From the NCBI GenBank assembly GCA_963722175.1, contig CAVRKA010000001.1, positions 117,555-181,554 of the forward strand: DNA of 64,000 nt, given 5' to 3'. The translations under genes and the position numbers were made by a program. Positions within the stretch are counted from its first letter, which is position 1. The number at the start of each line of letters is the position of its first letter. Source of the stretch: an uncultured Solirubrobacterales bacterium. Lineage in GTDB: Bacteria; Actinomycetota; Thermoleophilia; Solirubrobacterales; 70-9. A model generated the notes under the pieces. It was not told the origin of the DNA and ran no database searches. It saw only the letters and a list, made by a program, of their open reading frames with translations. Below are positions 36,959-43,635 of this stretch, piece by piece.

Positions 36959-37498
36959 ATGGCAGAGACCTACGCGATCATCGAGAGCGGCGGTAAGCAG
37001 TACCGCGCCGAGAAGGGGACGACCCTGGTCGTCGACCGCCTGCGTGCCGACGAGGGCGCGAAGGTGAACCTGCGCGCGGTGATGTTCCGCGGCGACGACG
37101 TAGTCCTGGAGCCCGACAAGCTGGAAAAGGTCAAGGTCGAGGCGACGGTGACCGGGCACGAGCGCGGCGAGAAGATCCGGGTCTTCAAGTACCGGGCCAA
37201 GAAGGGCTATCGCAAGCGCCAGGGCCACCGGTCGGAGCTGACGAGGCTCGAGGTGACCGAGGTCAAGATGCTGACCCGGAAGCCGGCGGCCAAGCCCGCC
37301 ACCGAGGCCAAGGACGAGGCAGGTACGGGTGAGGAGGCGGAGAAGCCGGCGCCGAAGAAGCCCGCGGCGCCCAAGAAGGCTCCGGCGAAGAAGCCGGCTG
37401 CGGCGAAGAAGCCCGCCGCCGCCAAGAAGCCCGCTGCGAAGAAGCCCGCTGCGAAGAAGCCGCCCGCCAAGAAGCCGGTCGAGAAGGAGGACAGCTAG
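36959..37498 (+). CDS. rplU: 50S ribosomal protein L21 with Lys/Ala/Pro-rich C-terminal extension
   Basis: [20 protein letters not shown]......[17 protein letters not shown]...T.L.V is the L21 core (about 103 aa). About 75 aa of AKKPAA-type repeats follow. Confidence 0.9.
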   Translation: MAETYAIIESGGKQYRAEKGTTLVVDRLRADEGAKVNLRAVMFRGDDVVLEPDKLEKVKVEATVTGHERGEKIRVFKYRAKKGYRKRQGHRSELTRLEVTEVKMLTRKPAAKPATEAKDEAGTGEEAEKPAPKKPAAPKKAPAKKPAAAKKPAAAKKPAAKKPAAKKPPAKKPVEKEDS

Positions 37499-37500
37499 AG

Positions 37501-37755
37501 ATGGCGCACAAGAAGGGGCTCGGCTCGAGCCGCAACGGCCGCGACTCGAACCCGAAGATGCTCGGGGTGAAGATCTTCGCCGGCCAGACGGTGAACGGCG
37601 GCGAGATCCTCGTCCGCCAGCGCGGCACCCGGTTCCGTCCCGGCGACGGCGCCGGCCTCGGCCGCGACCACACGATCTTCGCCACCCGCGCCGGCGTGGT
37701 CGAGTTCTCGCCCGCCCGCAAGGGCCGGGTCGTCTCGGTCAACCCGGCCGACTAG
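37501..37755 (+). CDS. rpmA: 50S ribosomal protein L27
   Basis: [40 protein letters not shown] is the canonical L27 sequence. Confidence 0.95.
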   Translation: MAHKKGLGSSRNGRDSNPKMLGVKIFAGQTVNGGEILVRQRGTRFRPGDGAGLGRDHTIFATRAGVVEFSPARKGRVVSVNPAD

Positions 37756-37769
37756 CGCCGAATGGCGAG

Positions 37770-37792
37770 TTGAGCACCGTATCGGTGCTCAA
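37770..37792 (+). terminator. Hairpin after rpmA (possible terminator or processing site)
   Basis: TTGAGCACC-GTATC-GGTGCTCAA has a 9-bp stem. No U-tract follows. Confidence 0.3.
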
Positions 37793-37819
37793 GGCGACAG
37801 TCGCGGTTAGGGTTGGTGC

Positions 37820-38482
37820 ATGTCAGGGGCGCGGGCAGAGGACGCGGGGCTCGTTCGGGCGCTGCGCGACGGTGACGAGGCCGCCTTCGCCGCCCTCGTC
37901 GATGAGCTCAGCCCGGCCCTGCTGCGGCTGGCGCTGATGCACGTCCCCAGCCGGGCAGTCGCCGAGGACGTCGTCCAGGACACCTGGATCGGCGTGATCA
38001 AGGGGATCGACCGGTTCGAGGGGCGCTCCTCGCTGCGCACCTGGATCTTCCAGATCCTGCTCAACACGGCGCGCACGCGGGGCGTGCGCGAGAAGCGGAC
38101 CTTGCCGTTCTCGTACTTCAAGCGCCGGGCGGAGGAGGGCCGCGACGAACCGGCGGTCGACGCGGACCGCTTCCAGGGCCGCGACGGTGTCCGCCCCGGC
38201 TGGTGGGCGCGGCCGCCCGCCGAGTGGGAGGGCGCCGACGCTCGCCTGGAGGCCGACGAGGCCCGGGACCTGCTGCTCCAGGCGATCACCGAGCTGCCGC
38301 CGCGCCAGCGCGACGTGATCGTGCTCCGCGACCTCCAGGGCTACTCCTCCGAGGAGGCGCGCAACGTTCTCGGCCTCACCGAGACCAACCAGCGAGTGCT
38401 CCTGCACCGGGCGCGATCCAAGGTCCGCGCCGCACTCGAGTCGTACTTCGACGCCGAGCAGGCCACGGAGGTGTCGGCATGA
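37820..38482 (+). CDS. ECF-type RNA polymerase sigma factor
   Basis: 220 aa. Sigma-2 is ...VAEDVVQDTWIGVIKGIDRFEGRSSLRTWIFQILLNTAR. A long linker follows. Sigma-4 is ...LPPRQRDVIVLRDLQGYSSEEARNVLGLTETNQRVLLHRARSKVR. Confidence 0.85.
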   Translation: MSGARAEDAGLVRALRDGDEAAFAALVDELSPALLRLALMHVPSRAVAEDVVQDTWIGVIKGIDRFEGRSSLRTWIFQILLNTARTRGVREKRTLPFSYFKRRAEEGRDEPAVDADRFQGRDGVRPGWWARPPAEWEGADARLEADEARDLLLQAITELPPRQRDVIVLRDLQGYSSEEARNVLGLTETNQRVLLHRARSKVRAALESYFDAEQATEVSA

Positions 38483-38751
38483 GCGCGGGAGCGCCACTTG
38501 GCGAGACGATGAGCTGTTCAGAATTCGTAGAGCTGGTCACCGACTACCTCGAGGGGCGGCTCGAGCCCGCCGAGGCGGAGCGCTTCGAGGTCCATCTCGA
38601 CCTCTGCGACGGCTGCCAGGCCTACGTCGACCAGATGCGCAAGACGCTGCAGGCGCTCGGACGGATCCCCGAGGAGACGATCTCCACCGAGGCCCGCGCC
38701 GAGCTCCTCCACGTGTTCGCGGAGTTCCGCTCGGGCGCGAGCCCCGGCTGA
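38479..38751 (+). CDS. Soluble zinc-binding (ZAS/zf-HC2) anti-sigma factor
   Basis: ATG overlaps the sigma stop (ATGA). 90 aa with no TM segment. It has the H-x3-C-x2-C motif (HLDLCDGC) plus an upstream Cys (MSCSEF), as in RsrA-type anti-sigma factors. Confidence 0.75.
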   Translation: MSAGAPLGETMSCSEFVELVTDYLEGRLEPAEAERFEVHLDLCDGCQAYVDQMRKTLQALGRIPEETISTEARAELLHVFAEFRSGASPG

Positions 38752-38754
38752 GAG

Positions 38755-39909
38755 CTACTTCACCTTCAGCGTGCTGACGATCCCGGCGTGGTCGGAGTCG
38801 TAGAGCCCGTTGACCTGCGCGAGGCCGGTGACCGACGAGTTGACCAGCTTCACCTTCTTGCCCATGTTGGTCATCACGTGATCGACCTGATGGTCGAACT
38901 CGGTCGCCGGGGCCGTGAACAGGCTCGAGACGCAGCAGCTCAGCGGGTTCGCCGTGCTCCGCTCGCTGAACCCGCCCGCGACCAGCGCCTCGTACGCCTG
39001 CCGGTCGTTGGGCTGAACGGTGTCGTCGTCGGAGTTGAAGTCGCCGAGGATGATCGACTTCGCCTTCGAGCCCGGTCCGGCGACCAGCTCCCCCGCCTGC
39101 TTGGCGCGGATGCTCGGGTGCTCGGTCTCGTCGTCGAAGGCCTCGAAGTGCGAATTCACGAAGCGGAACTTCTTCTTGACCTTCTCCTTGCCCTTGCCCT
39201 TCTGGACGGTGACGTCACCGGCCGTCCACCCGCGGAGGACCGGCACCTGGATCCCCGCGATCGTTGGCGTGAACAGGGCGGAGTACGTCCCGCTCTGCGG
39301 GTTCTTGAGCTTCGCCTTCACCTTCGAGTCCCCGTTGACGAGGATTACGTCGCGCATGGTCAGGCGACCCTGAATCTCCCCGCCGAGGATCCCGGTGTTG
39401 GGGTCGTTGTCGTAGTCGGTCGGCGCCTCGAAGTCGAACTCCTCCTTGACGACCGCCACCTCGTAGTCGAGGCCGAGGGCTTGGAGCTCCGTCTGGAGCA
39501 TCGCGAGGAAGTCGTACTTGGTCGTCGTCGCGGTGAACGCCGACTGCGGGTCGACTGAGCTCTGGTGCTGCGCGCCGGGCGTGTTGCCGGTCCGCCAGTG
39601 CGCGACCTCCTGGAGGCCGATCAGGTCGGGCTTCTTCGAGGCGATCTCCGCCGCCAGGCCCTTGGCGCGAACGCCGAACTGGGTCTGGTCGACCTCGCGC
39701 AGGATGGCGCCGTTGGCGGCGATGAACTCCTGCGCGCTCTGCGCGTTGAGCCCGGGGCTCAGGTCCGCGCCGAGGAAGACGTTGCGGGTCATCACCTTGA
39801 CCTTGACGCCCTTCTGCTTCTTGGCAGCGTCGGCGCCGGCGGCGAACAGCGCCGTGGCCATCAGTGCGGTGAGCGCCAGCACGGTGAAGCGCCCGATCCT
39901 GTGTCTCAA
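38755..39909 (-). CDS. Secreted endonuclease/exonuclease/phosphatase (EEP) family protein
   Basis: TTG at 39909 lies 7 nt after GGAGGG. Signal peptide RHRIGRFTVLALTALMATALFAAGADA. ...DLIGLQEV... and C-terminal ...SDHAGIV... are EEP motifs. Confidence 0.75.
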   Translation of the reverse strand: MRHRIGRFTVLALTALMATALFAAGADAAKKQKGVKVKVMTRNVFLGADLSPGLNAQSAQEFIAANGAILREVDQTQFGVRAKGLAAEIASKKPDLIGLQEVAHWRTGNTPGAQHQSSVDPQSAFTATTTKYDFLAMLQTELQALGLDYEVAVVKEEFDFEAPTDYDNDPNTGILGGEIQGRLTMRDVILVNGDSKVKAKLKNPQSGTYSALFTPTIAGIQVPVLRGWTAGDVTVQKGKGKEKVKKKFRFVNSHFEAFDDETEHPSIRAKQAGELVAGPGSKAKSIILGDFNSDDDTVQPNDRQAYEALVAGGFSERSTANPLSCCVSSLFTAPATEFDHQVDHVMTNMGKKVKLVNSSVTGLAQVNGLYDSDHAGIVSTLKVK

Positions 39910-39970
39910 GATTGATCCCTCCTTGGGGGTCGTCGTTGTAGGACCACCTAACACGTCTACCGTTCATTCG

Positions 39971-41272
39971 ATGCTCCACGACCGGGCGAAGATCCACGTC
40001 GAGGGCGGCGCCGGGGGCAACGGGGTGATCTCGTTCAGGCGCGAGGCCCACGTGCCGCGCGGCGGGCCGGACGGCGGCGACGGCGGGCGCGGCGGCGACG
40101 TCGTGCTCGCCTGCGACCCCTCGCGCCGCGACCTCTCCGCGCTGCGGTTCTCGCCGCACCAGCGCGGCGGACGCGGTGGCCACGGCGAGGGCAACCAGCG
40201 CCACGGCGCTCGCGGCGAGGACGTGGTGGTCCCGGTGCCCCCCGGCACGCAGGTCGACGGCCTCGACGGGCGCCACTACGACCTCGTCGAGCCGGGGCAG
40301 CGCGCGATCGTCGCCGCCGGCGGCGCCGGCGGGCACGGCAACAAGCGGTTTGCGACCTCGACCCGTCAGGCGCCGCGCTTCGCCGAGCGCGGGCTCGACG
40401 GCGAGTCGGGGTGGATCGAGCTGCGGCTGAAGCTGCTCGCCGACGCCGGGCTGGTCGGGCTGCCGAACGCGGGCAAGTCGTCGCTGCTCGCGCGGCTCAC
40501 CCGGGCGGCGCCGAAGATCGCCGACTATCCGTTCACGACCCTGGAGCCGGTCCTCGGGACGATCGACGACGGCGAGCGCCAGCTGGTGCTCGCCGACATC
40601 CCGGGATTGATCGAGGGCGCCGCCGAGGGCGTCGGGCTCGGGCACGAGTTCCTCGCCCACGTCGAGCGTTGCCGGCTGCTCGTCCATCTGGTCGCGCTCG
40701 GCGGCGACGCCGGGACGGGGGAGGCCGACCCGGTCGCCGCCTACGAGACGGTGCGCAACGAGCTCGCCGCGCACGGCGCCGGGCTCGAGCGCCTCAGGGA
40801 GCTCGTCGTGCTCTCGAAGCGCGACCTGGTTCCCGACGAGGTCGCCGAGCGGGAGGTCGCAGCCTGGCGCGAGCGGCTCGGCGATCGGGTGACCGGCGTG
40901 CTCGCGCTCTCGTCGGCGACCGGCGCCGGCCTCGACGAGCTGAGGCGGGCGCTGTTCGAGGCGATCCCGCCTGAGGCGCAGGCCGTGCCGCGGGCCGGCA
41001 GCGAGCCCGAGTTCGAGGTCGAGCACATGGTCTACGCGCCGGCCGGCGACGGCGGCTTCGAGGTCGTGCGCGAGGACGAGGCCTTCCGCGTCCTCGGCCG
41101 CGGGGTCGAGATGCTGGTCGGCCGCCACGACCTCTCCAACCTCGAGGCGCTCGCCTACCTCGAGCAGCGGCTGCGCGAGATCGGTGTGATCGCGGCGCTC
41201 GAACGAGCGGGCTTCGAGCCCGGCGACGAGGTCAGGATCGGCGAGGAGGAGTTCGAGCTGGATCCGGGCTAA
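39971..41272 (+). CDS. obg: GTPase Obg/CgtA
   Basis: ATG at 39971. Gly-rich Obg fold ...GGAGGNGVISFRREA.VPRGGPDGGDGGRGGDVV.... G1 motif GLPNAGKSSLL. DIPGLIEGA. C-terminal OCT-like domain. Confidence 0.95.
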   Translation: MLHDRAKIHVEGGAGGNGVISFRREAHVPRGGPDGGDGGRGGDVVLACDPSRRDLSALRFSPHQRGGRGGHGEGNQRHGARGEDVVVPVPPGTQVDGLDGRHYDLVEPGQRAIVAAGGAGGHGNKRFATSTRQAPRFAERGLDGESGWIELRLKLLADAGLVGLPNAGKSSLLARLTRAAPKIADYPFTTLEPVLGTIDDGERQLVLADIPGLIEGAAEGVGLGHEFLAHVERCRLLVHLVALGGDAGTGEADPVAAYETVRNELAAHGAGLERLRELVVLSKRDLVPDEVAEREVAAWRERLGDRVTGVLALSSATGAGLDELRRALFEAIPPEAQAVPRAGSEPEFEVEHMVYAPAGDGGFEVVREDEAFRVLGRGVEMLVGRHDLSNLEALAYLEQRLREIGVIAALERAGFEPGDEVRIGEEEFELDPG

Positions 41273-43512
41273 CGCGCCCGGCGCCAGTCCGACTCGTTGC
41301 CGGCGCGGTCGCGAACGCGGACGAAGACCTTGTGGCCGTTGCTCCGGAACTTCGGCGTCGAGTCGAAGCTGCGCCAATCCCCGGGGTGGCGCTTGAAGCT
41401 CGTGACCTGGATCTCGCTCACGCCCGAGACGTCGTCGTCGGCCCGGACCCGCAGCCGGTATGTCCGCTTGCCGCGATGAGTCGAACGGCGGTTCGCACTG
41501 GCTTCCTTGCCGCCCTCGACGATTCGGGCTCGCTCGACGGTGGGTGCCTTCTGGTCGAGGACGATGTCATCGGTGTAGTTCGGGGCATTGCCGTCGAACC
41601 GGACATAGACCGTCTGGTCAGGGCTCGATGACGGAAGGGTCCATGGGATCTCCTCGCCGACTTCGAAGCCCGCCGAGTCCTGGAACCCACCGTCACCGGC
41701 GACCCGCAACGTCGTCGTGTACGCCGGCCAGACCGGCGACAGGGTCACGTTCGGATCGTTCGTGAACTCGGCCCCGTGATTGATCGTCACGCCGACCCCC
41801 CCGGGCGGCGGGCGCAGCTTTGCGACCACGGGCACGGTGGTGATGTCGCTCAACCCGATCGCGTTCGTGACCCGAACGCCGGCCTCGACCTGGCCCGGCT
41901 CGAGGTACATGCGGGAGGTCCTCGGGGTTGAACCCGTGTCGACCTCGAACGTGCCGTCCCCATCGAGGTCCCACTCGTACCGCGTCTTCGCCAGGCCTCC
42001 GGTTCCCGAGGCGTCGAAGTTCACCGTGTCGCCGGTCAGGGCGAGGTTCGGTGCGGCGCTCAAGGAGGCGGAGGGCGGGCTCGAGACCTCGGTGTAGGTG
42101 ATCGAGTCCGTCGAGCATCCGGAGATCACGCCGCGGTCGTCGGTTGTTGCTCTCAACGTCGTCGTCGAGTCGTCCGGGACCGAGACGGTGAGGCCCGGCG
42201 ATGCGAAGGCGGCCGCGGAGCCGGTCGCGGCGGGGGTGCCGGAGCAGTCGGGGGTCGTGTAGAGCCGCACGGTCGTGTTCGCCGCGGCTGTCCCCTTGAC
42301 CTCGGGGGCGTTGTCGCTGGCGGCGGAGTCGGGATCCGTGTCGGTGATCGTTGGCGCCTCGGGGCCAAACGTGGAGTTGAGCAGGATCGATCCGCCCTGG
42401 CGGCGAGCGACCGCTAGGTCGGGATCCGAATCGGCGTTGAAGTCGCCGACCGCGACCGCGAGAGTCGACCTCGGGCTGGCCGCAAATTCGGTTGCCGGAC
42501 CGAAGCTCCCGCCCGCACCACCCGGCAGCACCGAGACGCTGCTGGTGCCGGCCGCGAGGTCGGGATCCGAATCGGCGTTGAAGTCGCCGACCGCGACCTC
42601 CCCGCCACCGATGTCGGCCGCCGGGAAGTCGGTCGCCGGACCGAAGCTCCCGCCGGCGCCTCCCAGCAGCACAGAAACGTCGCCGGCGGCGCCTTTCCCG
42701 ACCGCCAGGTCCGGGTCCGAGTCGGCGTTGAAGTCACCGACGGCTACCTCGTCCGGAACATCGCCGACGGCGAAGTCGGTGGGTGCGCCGAAGCTCCCGG
42801 CCGCGCCCCCCAGTAGCACCGAAACGGTGGCCGAGCCGCGGTTGACGACGGCGAGGTCGGGGTCCGAATCCGCATTGAAGTCGCCGACGCCGACCGAGGA
42901 CGGGCGCAGACCGACGGTGAAGTCGCTGGGCGGACCGAAGCTCCCGCCTGCGCCCCCGAGCAGTACGGAGACCGCGCCGAGGTTCGCGGGATTCTCGGCA
43001 TCCCATTTGACTACGGCGAGGTCGGGGTCCGAATCCGCATTGAAGTCGCCGACGCCGACCGAGGACGGACGCAGACCGACGGTGAAGTCGGTGGGCGGAC
43101 CGAAGCTCCCGCCTGCGCCCCCGAGCAGTACCGCGACCGTCCCAGGATCGTCGGGTTCCGTCTGAGCGACCGCGAGATCGGGGTCGGAGTCGCCGTTGAA
43201 GTCGCCGACCGCGACCGATTCGGGAAGGCCACTCACGGCGTGTGAGGCCGGGGCGCCGAAGCCCCCGTCGATGCCCCCGAGGATCACCGATACCGAGCCG
43301 GTCTCGGCTTCGAGGTCTACGGTTGCGACCGCGAGATCGGGGTCGGAGTCGGCGTTGAAGTCGTCGACCGCGATCGACCCGCCGGTGACGCCTTGCACGC
43401 CCGTCTCCTGAAAGCCGACCTGCGCGTGCGCCGCCGCCGGCACGACGAGCAGCGCCATGCCCCCGATGAGCAGTGTTCTCCTCAGCCTCCTGGCCGGCGG
43501 TTCTGTTCGCAT
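41269..43512 (-). CDS. Secreted FG-GAP/VCBS-repeat protein with Ig/PKD-like C-terminal domains
   Basis: Start at MRTEPPARRLRRTLLIGGMALLVVPAAAHA (signal). About 8 repeats of ...VAVGDFN(G/A)DSDPDLAV...VSVLLGGAGGSFGP.... Beta-rich C-terminal domains follow. The ORF part upstream of 43512 is antisense to the next gene. Confidence 0.8.
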   Translation of the reverse strand: MRTEPPARRLRRTLLIGGMALLVVPAAAHAQVGFQETGVQGVTGGSIAVDDFNADSDPDLAVATVDLEAETGSVSVILGGIDGGFGAPASHAVSGLPESVAVGDFNGDSDPDLAVAQTEPDDPGTVAVLLGGAGGSFGPPTDFTVGLRPSSVGVGDFNADSDPDLAVVKWDAENPANLGAVSVLLGGAGGSFGPPSDFTVGLRPSSVGVGDFNADSDPDLAVVNRGSATVSVLLGGAAGSFGAPTDFAVGDVPDEVAVGDFNADSDPDLAVGKGAAGDVSVLLGGAGGSFGPATDFPAADIGGGEVAVGDFNADSDPDLAAGTSSVSVLPGGAGGSFGPATEFAASPRSTLAVAVGDFNADSDPDLAVARRQGGSILLNSTFGPEAPTITDTDPDSAASDNAPEVKGTAAANTTVRLYTTPDCSGTPAATGSAAAFASPGLTVSVPDDSTTTLRATTDDRGVISGCSTDSITYTEVSSPPSASLSAAPNLALTGDTVNFDASGTGGLAKTRYEWDLDGDGTFEVDTGSTPRTSRMYLEPGQVEAGVRVTNAIGLSDITTVPVVAKLRPPPGGVGVTINHGAEFTNDPNVTLSPVWPAYTTTLRVAGDGGFQDSAGFEVGEEIPWTLPSSSPDQTVYVRFDGNAPNYTDDIVLDQKAPTVERARIVEGGKEASANRRSTHRGKRTYRLRVRADDDVSGVSEIQVTSFKRHPGDWRSFDSTPKFRSNGHKVFVRVRDRAGNESDWRRAR
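42848..43131. repeat. Two about 119-nt near-identical direct repeats, 165 nt apart, inside the FG-GAP gene
   Basis: 42848-42966 and 43013-43131 differ at only about 2 positions (ACGGCGAGGTCGGGGTCCGAATCCGCATTGAAGTCGCCGACGCCGACCGAGGACGG...GAGCAGTAC). The offset is 55 codons. Confidence 0.8.
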
Positions 43513-43635
43513 CTCATCCGTCGCCCGCCCCCTTGCCGTGTCTCCGACCGTACCCCCCGGGGGGGGCAGAGTCAAAGTCGCGCCTGGGCCGAACCGGCGC
43601 AGGCTCGCGGAGCGCCGGTTACGCTGAGCAGCCAA

